A stretch of 64,000 nt of DNA from Cyanophora paradoxa CCMP329 (lineage: Eukaryota > Plantae > Glaucophyta): NCBI GenBank assembly GCA_004431415.1, contig QPMI01000533.1, forward strand, positions 62,001-126,000. The letters are read 5' to 3'. The notes under the pieces were generated by a model. That model saw only the letters and a list, made by a program, of their open reading frames with translations. It was not told the DNA's origin and made no database searches. The position numbers and the translations under genes are program-made. How positions within the stretch are numbered: position 1 is the stretch's first letter; each line of letters opens with the position of its first letter. Below are positions 47,098 to 58,000 of this stretch, in pieces.

Positions 47098-48290
47098 ATG
47101 GCCGCGGCTCCGGCGTGGCTCTCCGGGGCTCCCCGCAGTCTCCGATGGGCTTCGGACGCACCCCAGCGTAGTTTCCGTCCCCGCGGCGTTACGGGTTTCG
47201 TAGCAATGCATCCGGCGCAGCGGCCGGGCCGAAGCCACGCTTTTGTCGCTCCAGCAGTGAGCTTCAGCTCGCGCATCCGGCCAGCCCGGCGCTCGAGCGC
47301 CTCGCCGCGCGCCGGACTTCAAATCTGCAGCTGGTCAGCGCGGCCGGTGTGCAAGGAGCGGAGGCAACAGGGCGACTGGAAAAGCCGCGGCATACGGCAG
47401 CTTCAGCGCGCGTCGAAATCCGTCCTGCGGGGCGTCGGCATCACCGTCGGCGTAGCGGAGTACTTTCTCGCGCGGAACGCCCCAGGCCTGCTTCGGATAA
47501 TAACCGCGGCGCTGGATGCGGCGATTGGAGGCGGCGGCGGCAGCGCGAAGAGGCGGCGGCGCGCGCTCTTCGGCGGGGAGGACCCCGAGGAAGTCCAGCG
47601 CGCGGTGAAGAAGGTCGAGCGGGCGGCGAAGAGCGTGCAGCGTGGCGGATCGCAGGCGCAGCGCCTAGCCGTGAGCGGCACGCGGGCGCTGGCGCGGGGA
47701 CTGCGGGCCCTCTCACAGGCCCGCGTCTCGCCGGCCGAGCTGCGCGAGATGATGAAGACGGAGGCGTTCTGGCGGCAGGCCTTCCGCTTCTCGTCCTGGA
47801 TGAGCTTCGGGTCGGCGTTCCTGACCATGGGGCTCTACATGTCAACGGCCGAGACGCAGGTGCCCGCGCCCGCCCGCCCTCCCGCCCGCCCGCCCGCCCG
47901 CCGCGCTCCCGCTCGCTCGCCGCTGCGCCCCGCCGCTGACCGCTGTCATCCGCGTCCGCGCGCTTCAGACGGAGTGGGAGCAACTGTACCGCGAGGCCGT
48001 GCGGCTCTCCAGCGAACGAAGGGAGCTGCTGCAGGAGGTCGCCGAGTTCCGCTCCCAGGCGCGCCGCTTTCCCGCCACCCCCGGATCAAATTCGAATTCA
48101 AACCCGCCTCTAAGCTCTTTCTTTTTCGAATTCGGCGCAGGTGGCGGCGGAGGGCCACGGGCTGGAGGAGATGTTCGTACCCATATCGCTGGAGAACACG
48201 ATCTTCCTGCGGCCGCCAAAGAAGCGGCAGCCCAAGTGGGACCCCGGCATCGAGAACGCACCCCCGCTCTGGGTCATGACGAATTACTGA
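47098..48290 (+). CDS. Unknown protein; possible organellar transit peptide and hydrophobic segments
   Basis: Three frame-compatible exons with one GT-AG and one GC-AG intron. The N-terminus is R/S/A-rich and contains AFVAPAV. Hydrophobic segment FSSWMSFGSAFLTMGLYM. Confidence 0.6.
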
Positions 48291-48426
48291 TCGACGATCG
48301 CGAGATCCGATAGCGTAGCCAAGCCTAGCTGAGTAACTGTAGGGACTCCCGGATCCGGATAGTATTATAATACACAGGCTAGGCACCGTGGCACAGGACA
48401 GGACCAGGCGGGCTGGGCTAGGATGG

Positions 48427-51400
48427 CTAAGGGGAGGCGACGGCCAGGCGTGCGGCCTCGACAAGGAGTCCGCAGAGGACCATGTTGTCGCAGTGGACGC
48501 GGAGCGAGGCGGCCGCGCCGCCCTCGTCCAGCTCCAGGACGATCAGGGCGCGGAATCCGCCGCAGGGCGAGGCGCCGGCGAGCCATAAGGGGCCCGAGGC
48601 GGCCGGGAGGCCGGCCGCGTCCGGGTTGCACAGGGCGACGTTGACGTGCCGCGCGAGCCGCTCGGCGGCCGCCGCGTTCGAGAGCGACCCGAGGCCCGCC
48701 GCGCGCGCCCGCTGCTCGTGCAGGCCCGACAGCTCGCCTGCGCATGCGCCGGCTTCGTCAGGGGTACCGGTAACATTCGGGGGGGTACGACGCGCCTCGG
48801 AGCTTGGAGAAGGCGGCGGGGGCGAGATCCAGCGGCCTCAGGAGCTCCCCGACGGCGGGGGGTAGGGCCACCTGGAACTTGCCCGTGCTCGTCCTGCGCG
48901 GTGGGGGGTACGTCGGCGCGGCTGGGGTACGCGGGAGGGCGGAGGGGGTACACGCACGTCAGCTCGAACCGGACCGGCTTCGTGCGCAGGGCGAAATCGA
49001 TGTGCAGGTTCACCTGAGCGGCGAAAGTGAGTAGAGCTGGGGGAGGGACGGTTGGGGGGTACGCGAACCTCCACGGAGGCACCAGGGTTCACGCAGAGGA
49101 TCTCCGGGAACGGGAGCACCTGTACCCCGTCCTCGGAGGACTGCGGCGGCCGGACGTCAGCCGCAAAAACGCAGGGAGGGGAGGCCGGGAGGGGGTACGC
49201 GTACCACGTTCCGCATGGCGACGTTGTAGACGGGATTGGGGGTATGGTTGCGGAACGTGATGCGGATGAGGTTCGCGGAGGCGCTAAAGATAGAGCGCTG
49301 CCGCTGGAACGCGTACTCCGCCCCCAGGCTGTACCCCCCCAAACGCCCGTCATGCCCGGGAAAAGAGAGGGGGTACGAGATCGGATCGGATCGGGAAGGG
49401 ATCGGGTCGACGCACCCGCCGCCGTGCGTGTAGTGGAGGAGCTGGTGGGCAGGCGCCTCGCGCCCGGGGCGGACCAGGGGCTGGGCGCGGGCCTGCGGGG
49501 CCCCGGCGGCGGCGGGCGGGGAGGAAGAGGCGGCGGAGGCGGCGGAGGCGGGGCGGAGGGATCCTGTGGAGGGCGGGGGCGAGGGCGTGGGCGCCAGGGC
49601 CGCGGGGAGCGAGCTGGAACCCGGGCCCATCGAAAGGGACTCGAAGAGGGAATCGATGGCGGGGGCCGCCGCCGGCCGCGCCGCGCCGCCGCGGGCGGCG
49701 CCCGCGCGGCGGCGGAGGCGGCCGCCTGGGCCGGCGCCTGGGCCGAGGCGGACGGGGCCGGGGAGAGGTCCAAGAGGAGTTGGGAGTCGGATTTGGGGGC
49801 GGCCGCAGCGGCTCCGGGGCGCACGGCCGCGGGGCGAGCTGGGGGCTGCGCCGCCGCCCTCCCTTTGGGCGGCTGCGGTACCTCGTCCTCGGACCCGCTG
49901 CCGCTCCCGCTCCCGCTCCCGCTTTCCGTGTACGACCCGCTGAGGGGCGGGTCAGACGGGTACAGGAAGACGAGGTGGGTGCGGGGGGTAGACGAAGGCA
50001 CCTCTCGCTGCCGGTCTCAGAGCCGCTCTCGCTGCCCTCCTCGCTGCCGGACCCCTCCTCGTCGGAGTAGAAGCCCTTGGAAGCACCACGGGCGGACGCC
50101 CCGCCGCCGCCGGCGGCCCCCGCTTTGCCGCCCGCCGCCACCGCAGCGGCGGCGGCCTCGCCCCGCACGGAGGGGTCCGGCGGGTGCCGCGGGAAGGCCG
50201 GCAGCGCGGCGTACCCCGGCGTGGCCTGCCCCACGGAGTGGGCGAGGGAGCCGGCCGTGAAGCGGGCGCGCTCGAGGGAGGCGGGAGGCGCCTCGGTCGG
50301 GGGCGGCTTGGGCGCGAGCAGAAGCTCGGCCGCGTGCTCCAGGAGCGGGGAAGGGGCCCCCGGGGCCGGGAAGAGCGCGGCGCGGAGGAAGCGGGCTCGG
50401 TCCCTCACGTCGTAGCTCGCGTCGTACTTGGCGAGCTCGAGGATGTGCCTGAAGATTCCGCCCACGCGCCCGGCGATGCCGCCCTGCGCCTCGCGCGACG
50501 CCGGCGCTGGCGGCGGGAGCGCCGCCGCCGATGTGGGTGCCAGCGCCGGGCCGCCCAAGTCCGAGAGGCCGTGGTCCAGGTCCAGCAGGCTGGCGCTGGG
50601 CGGCGCGAAGGCGGCGGGCACGGGCGAGGCGGCCCCGGGCTGGGCCGCCGCCGCCGCAGCCGACTCGAGCGGCAGGCCGGCGGGGCTGTGCAGGCCCAAG
50701 CAGTGGATGAGGTACATCTTGGCGCCCAGCGTGAGGGCCTGCGAGGCTGTTCCTTAGCCCTCTTTCTGATAAAAATTCTTCTTTGAGGCGCACCTGGAGC
50801 TTGACCGCGGGGTCCTCGCCTGCGAAGCCTTTCGCAAGGGTGCGGAGGGCGTCGGGGGCCAGCCGCGGGAGGCGCTCGCAGTACTCCCCTGCCGCCCGAG
50901 ACGAGGGCGTTAGGCGAGGGCGAGGGCGAGGAGGGGGAGGGAGGTCTGGTGGGGGACGGGCGGGCGGAACGGGTCCAAGGAGGGGAATGAGAGTGTTCGG
51001 GAGGCGGATATAGAGCGGTACGGGAGGCGGTGAGGGGAACACCCCAAGCCCAGGAAAGAAAGAGCGGGGCCACGGGGGCGGGTACAAGAAGGCCCCCGCG
51101 GCAGGGGCGCTTGGGCGCACCGAGGAGCCATGTGATGGAGGCGCGGGCGGCGGGGTCCGTCGTCTCCTCCAGCCGCCTCGCCACCTGCCGGCCGGCCCCG
51201 AGTGAGCAGGGCGCGCGCGCGCACGCGCGCGTGGGGCAGGGCAGTGCGGCTGGGCCGATGCCTAGAGGCTCCCAAAAGCCAAGCTCAAGCATCTATATCC
51301 TCGCGTATTCTGGAAAGATTATGGAATCGCTCATAGAAAGATCGTGGAGAATGCTAGAAGCTTATAAAGGTTACGGAAGTTACGTCAAGCTGGGCCCAAC

Positions 51401-54400
51401 ATTATAGAGGGCGGCCTCTGATTCTGATTCTATGAAGTCTCGTCTTCTTATTATTATTATTCTTAATGATCTCTTATGAAATCTCATAGAAACATTATTA
51501 TTTAAGCGCGGACCTTCTTGAGTGCGGCCTCGTTGCGGCCGCCGTCGCGCTGGAGGAGCCGCCGCAGCTGCACGACCGCCTCCCCGGATACCGACTCTGC
51601 GATTCGGTGCAAGGCGGGGCGGGGCCGGGGCGGGGCGGGGGGCGCGGCGGTCAGAGACATGGAGTCACGAGGGTCGGAACGATCGGAGGGCCGAAGCGAA
51701 TCGCTATCGGGGCAGCGCAGAGTGAGGGGGGCGGGGCGGCAGCGTCACAGAGTCACTATCAATTCGGCGGGCGGCGGGGCGGGGCGGCGGAGGGCGGGGC
51801 GGCGGGGTCACATAGTCACTATCCATTCTAGGCAGCAACGGGGCGACCCCGCCGTGGAGACGGGGGGCGGGCGGCGGGGCGGGGCGGGGCGGCGGACCGT
51901 CCCGCGAGCCGACGGCGCCGAGGAGCGACCGGATGCAGGTCTCCGACTGCGAGGAAGGTCGGGGCGGGGCGAAGGGGGTACGGGTGCAGACAAGCGCGGG
52001 GGAGGGGGCGGACCTGGCCGGGGAGGGTGGCGGCGCACTGGGAACAGGGGCGCAGCGAGTCAGGGCGGGAAAGGCAGCGGGGGGCACAGCGCTAGGCGGG
52101 CCCACAGAAGCAGGCTGCTCTAGTTCTGACCCCTCTAATCCGTCCACCCGAGGCGGGCGGGGCGGGGCGGGCGGACCTGGGCCATGGCGCGGAGGGAGGC
52201 GGCGACGAGGCGGCGGTCGGCGCCGCGCGCGTACGTCTGCAGCTCCCGCACCACCTGCCGGCGCGAGGCGGCGCGCGTCAGTCAGGCCGCGCCGGCGCAG
52301 CCCGGCAAATCCATCTGGAAGCTGGAACCAACTAAAACTAAAAGAAGCCTAAAAATTAAAGAAGCCGGAACCAGCGAAGGGCCCAACCAATCTTTGAAGC
52401 TAGAGACGGGGCGGGGCGGGGCGGGGCGGGGCGGGGCGGGGCGGGAGGGGGGGGCGGGGAGGGGGGGGGGGGGGGGGGGGGGACGGACCTGGCCGACGTT
52501 CTCCTCACTGGCGAGGGAGCACAGGATCTCCACCTGCGCGCCCGGGGCGTCGGCCGAGGGCTCTCTATTCTGTGGGGGAGCTCTAGACCGCGAGGTAGAT
52601 GAGACCAGATCTCATAGATAGATGAGATTGATTAGATTAGACTAGACCTCTTAGTTAGATTAGATTAGATGAGGCCTTGGCCGAGCCGCGGGGATAGGGC
52701 GGCGCCGGCGCGCTCCGCTCCAATCCAACCCAACCCAATCCAACCCCACGGCCCCATATAATCCACGCCGACGCGCGGCGGACCTTGAGGGTGCGGGAGA
52801 AGCCCGGGTCGGTGACCTTCACGAAGAACTCCTTCAGGTGCGGCCGGAACATCGCCTGCGGGGGAGGGGAGGAGGAGGACGAGGAGGAGACGGAGGGGGG
52901 CCAGTCAGAGTCAGAGGCAGAGGCGGGGCGCGGAGGGAGGAGGAGGAGGAGAGGGGGGGGCCAGTCAGAGTTAGAGGCGGGGCGGGAGGGAGGGAGGGCA
53001 CGGGATGCCCTAGCGAAGAGTCCGTGGCGCGGGCGGGCGGGCGGGGGGTGCGCGGACCGGGCGCTCGGCGGCGAGCGAGGCGACGTTCTGGAGGACGACG
53101 TACCCCACCTCCCGCGAGGTCCGCATGATCCGCACCAGCGCCTGGGCGGGGGGTACGCGATCGAGAGGGGAGGGGGGTACGCTGGCGGAGCGGGCGGGGC
53201 GGGGCACCTTGGCGCATCGGACGGCCTCGAAGGGGGGTGCCAGGTACATGTAGAGGGAGGATACCCCCATGACCACCTGCGGCCGGGCTCAGATGGCTCT
53301 TTCTGAGTTCCGAGCTCTCGCTCAGATCGTTCGCGGGGGGCGCACCGCCGTGTTACGGCTCTGGAGCAGAGGCAAGGTGCTCTTCAGCAGCAGCCGGTGG
53401 TCCGCGTCCATCGGGCGCCGCCCGCCGCCGCCGCCGCCGCCGCCGCCTGCGCCGCCGCCGCCGTTCTCCTCGCCGCTGCCCTCGCCGTCCTCCTCGTCGC
53501 TGTAGAAGCCGCGCTGCCGATGCGGCTTCGCGGGCTTCGCCGGCTGCGCCGAGGACCCGCCGGCCCCCGCCCCCGCCGCAGCCGCGCCGGTCTCGCCATC
53601 GGCCTGGCGCATCGGCCGTCCGAACGCCACCTCAAAGTCCTACGGGCCCCGCGTCGGCGGCGGCGGCGGCGAGGAGCGGCGGCGCGCAGGCGCCCACCCG
53701 CGCGGTCGACGGGTCGCTGAACTGCGTCCGCGCGTAGCGCGTGAGGATGCCCAGGACGATGGCCTGCGCCGAAAGGCGGGCGGCCGGTCAGCCGGGGGGC
53801 GGGTGGCGGGAGAGGGGAGCGAGCGCCGGCGCCGGCGCTGGCGCCCCGCGAAACGCGCCTGAGACCATTCGTCCATGTCGATGAGCACGCGGCAGATGCG
53901 GCGGTAGTGCGGGTGAAGAAGGTCCAGGCGCTCGGGGCAGACTGCGGCGCGCCGCGGCTCAGCGGCGGAAAGCCTGCGCGGCGCGGCGCGGCGCGGCGCG
54001 GCCCGCACCCTCGTTGAAAGCGGCGAAGACCGAGCCGAGGACCATCGTGGAGCTGTCTCCGAGCATGTTCGCGATGATCTCCACGAGCTGCTCCTTCTGC
54101 TCGGCGTCCATGCTGCGCGGAGCCGAGAGATTTGATCCGGGCGTGCGGGGCGCTGCCGAGCGCCGAGCGCCGCGCGCACCTGTAGATCTTCGAGAGCGCG
54201 TTCGCTGCGATCTTGCGCACGTACGGCGAGTTGTCGCCGACGGCCTTGCGGACCGCCATGACGATGAGGTGCAGGATGATGGGCACGCGGATGCTGGACA
54301 TCGTGCGCAGCGCCAACCCGCGGACCATCTGGTTCTTGTCTGCAAGCTCCTGTGCGGCGCGGTGCGGTGCGGCGTCGGGGCTCGATTGGCGTGGGCATAT

Positions 54401-54920
54401 GAGCGCTGACCTTTTGGAAGGAGTTGACGGAGAGAAGCGCCAGGTCGGTCTTCGCTTCTGCGTAGTGTACGAGATACATGTACACCAGCTTCTTGACCTC
54501 TATCGACGGAGTGACGACGTTCTTGACCACGTCGGCGAAGTAGTCCGATGCATCTCGCCCGGTCGAGATGAGCTGCGGCGCGGCGCCGCGTCGGCGCGCG
54601 GTCCTCGTGGCGACCCGCGGCGACCGCAGCGGGCGGCGGGAGGCGGACCGCGATCAGGCGCTTCATGCCATCGAGCTTGTCCTTGACGAACTTGCTGTCC
54701 AGCTGCGTTTTGATCTCCGACGAGCTAACCGGCAAGTCGAGGAACTACGGCGACGTCAGCGAATGGATGCGCGGCGGAATGAGCGGCCCGCCGCTTGGGT
54801 CGCTGGGCGATGCGGCCAGAGCGCCGAAGGACGCGTCCTTCCGGCGCGAGGGCGAACCTGTGTATCTGTGAGGATGCTCGGCAGCGGTACGTGCGGCAGT
54901 TGGACGTGTGGACGCTGCAT
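48427..54920 (-). CDS. AP3B: AP-3 adaptor complex subunit beta
   Basis: [73 protein letters not shown] and [18 protein letters not shown], followed by an acidic hinge and C-terminal ear. Confidence 0.94.
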
Positions 54921-55093
54921 TTCGCCCTCGGCCTGAGGGCCTCGCCGCGCTTGCCTAGAACTTCAAGCGCGGCTCTCCACCTAAAGCGCGGCTGCGAATG
55001 ACAGCTCGTTCGCCCCGGCGGCCTCAGGACAGCGCTCGGCGAGGAAAGAAGACCCGTGCAGAGTCGAACCGCCGCCTCTGGGGAAATCAAGAA

Positions 55094-58000
55094 ATGGAGG
55101 CGCCGCACGAGCACGCGAGCGCGAAGGCGCGCGAGGAGGGGCTCGAGGCGCTCCCGAGGCTCATGATTACCTCGAGCTGCGCGCCCGCTGAACAGCTGCG
55201 GGCTACGGGCCTGCAGCAGCCAGCAGCGCCGCAAGCCGCTGAAGAGGGAGGCGATGAAGAGGCGGAAGACGCTTCGCGCTCTCTGGATGCATCGGCGCTG
55301 CTGGAAAGGATCGAACAGTGCCCGTGGTGCGCGTTCCACTGGGCGTCCTCGTTGATTCTCGGCAAACTTGTTGATTCTTCGTTTCTTTTGTGCGCAGGGA
55401 AGTCGAGATCTCGCGCATCGCGCTGCTTTCTTGGAGGGACGCGGCCGAAGTTTTCAGACTCGCCGCGCTCCGCAAGCTGCTCGCGATTGCCAGCGGCGTG
55501 CGCTCTGCGCGTCTCGCCAAACCGCTCAGCCTGAGCGTATGCCCATCCTCGCGGACAGCGCGCGCCGCGAATCTAGATCAAATCCCGAAAACCATCGCAG
55601 AACGCTCCAGGCGCGTCGCTGTTCGAGTCGTATCTGCCGGGCGGGTGGCGGCTGCTCTGGGAGGAGATCGTCTCCTTCTCTGAGCGCCACCGGAGCGTTC
55701 GCGACTGCGTCCTCATCTGGTGGCCGCCCCGCTCCCGCAGCGGCCGCGGGAGCGCGCGGCCGCCGCTGCCGCTGATCACACGCCCTGCAGGGACCTCTGC
55801 AGCCACGATGACGCCCAGCAGCGGATCCAGGACATCGGCCGCCGGCACCGCGCGGCGGCGCGCCCCGGCGCGGTGGCCGGCGGGCCCCGCCGCGCGACCC
55901 CAACGAGCCGCTTCGGCTGCCCGCGACCACGGCCGGACGCCGCCGCCGCCCCGCCCCCGTCGCCGGCCTGACGCTATCCCTCGCGGCACTTTCGCCCGGC
56001 CGCCCCGCCGCGCCTCCCGAGGGGCGGAGCGCGGGGCCGAGGGCGCGCTGCCAAGCCGAAGCGCCGAGGTCTGGGGGCGCCGGTGCGTTGCGACCCGCTC
56101 CCGCCAGGCCCGCGGCGCTCGTAACGCGGCGGCAGACGCGGCGGTGCTGCGGGCGGTGCGGGAGCGGCGGCGGGGCTCGCGCGGCGGCTCCTGGCAGACC
56201 GGGCGCCGCCGGAGGTGGCGCCGGCGCTGGCGGCGGCGGCGGAGGCGGAGGCGGATGCGGTGTGCGCGGACGAGGCAGTGCTCCTTCTCGGCCGCTCCGG
56301 CACCGGTACACGCCGGCCTGCCTCCCGCCCCGCCCCGCCCCGCCCCGCCCCGCCGACGCGCCGCGGCGGCAGGCAAGACCAGCTGCGCGCTGCTGCGCCT
56401 GTGGAGCCGCTACCGGGCGTACTGGGAGGAGAGCCGCGGGCGCGAGCTCCTGGTCTCCGGCCACGCCCACCAGGCGCGCACGCACGCCGCGCCTTGAAAC
56501 CTAGGGCTTACCCTTCCGCAGGTCTTCCTCGCGTCCTCGCCCGCCCTCTGCCGCGAGGTCCGCTCCTGGTTCGCTCGCCTGGTGCGGACTCGCCTGCCCG
56601 CCCGCCCGTCCGCCGCGCCAGCCGCGGCGGTGACGAGCGGGCCGGGGCGCAGGAGGAGGGGCACTCGCTGGTGCGGGCGGAGGGTCCCGGGGCGGCGCCG
56701 GAGGGCCCGCCCGAGCCGCGGCTGCCGGGGCGCGAGTCGCACGAGCTGCCCGACTCGGTCGCCGCCCTCCGTGACGACGCTTTCCCCCTCTTCGGTCCGC
56801 GCCCCGTCACCCGCCGCCGCTGCGTCGGCCGACGGCGCGCGCGCGCGCGGCAGTGACGGCGGCGAAGTGGCTCGAGATGCTCGACGGGAGCCTCGCGCGG
56901 CCCTTCTTCGCCCGCGACGAGGCCGGCCGCGTCCACCGCCACGCCGCCGGGCCCGACTCCGAGCTCGGGGCGCCCCTCCCAGCGGTGCGCCGCCGCCCGC
57001 GGCCGCGGCTGCCCTTGCGCGGCATATGACGGCCCGGCGCAGGGGGCCCAGGCGCTCGTGAGCGGGCCGCGGGGCGGGGAGGGCGAGGCGCTGGCGGCGG
57101 GCGGGCAGCGTGCGGTGGGGTACGAGGGCTTCGCGGCAGAGCTTTGGACAGCGGTGGCGGCGACGAAGGGCGAGCGGAACCTGCACCCACTCGTCGCCTG
57201 GACCGAGATCGTCTCCCACATCACGTGCGCGCGCGCGCCACCGGGCCCGCAGCCGCCCATTCGCCGCTGAGGCGCTCCAGGGGGAGCCTGGAGAGCCTGG
57301 AAGAGCCCGAGGGGTGCCTCAGCGAGGACGACTACCTCGCCCTGCCCCGCGGCCGGCGCGCCCGTGCGACCCCGTCCCGCAGTGGCGCCGTTGACGCGCG
57401 CGGCCCGCGGGCGCAGGTCGCGCCTGGAGCCCTCGCAGCGGAAGTGCGTCTACGCGATCTTCGAGCGGTACCGCGCCGAGAAGCGCCGCCGCGGCCTCTA
57501 CGACCGCATGGTGCGCACGCGTACACGGGGCGGGCCGCGGGCGGCGGGGCCGGCGGCGAGGCTCGCGGCAGGACGCGGTGCACGCGGTGTACCGGGGGCT
57601 GGCGCGGGAGGGGTACCGGGGCCCGGCGGTGCACGAGGTGCTGGCGGACGAGGTGCAGGACTTGACGCAGGCCGAGCTCTGGCTCCTCTTCTGCGCCACG
57701 GAGGACCCGAAGGGCTTCTTCCTTGCCGGCGACACCGCCCAGACCGTCTCCCGCGGCGTCGGCTTCCGGTGCGCTCCGGCGGGGGCGGGGCGCGCTCGGG
57801 GGGCGACGCGGGGCCGGGCGGCAGGTTCGCGGACCTGCGGGCGCTGTTCCACCATGAGGCGAAGGTGGCGGGGCGCGCCCGCCGCCTCGCAGCCTCGGGC
57901 CTCCCCGTCCGCCAGCTCACCCTCGTGCGCCCGGCCTTAACTTTCTCTTTGAGAAAGCCTCACGCGGGACCGCGCAGAACTACCGGTCGAAGTCGGGGGT

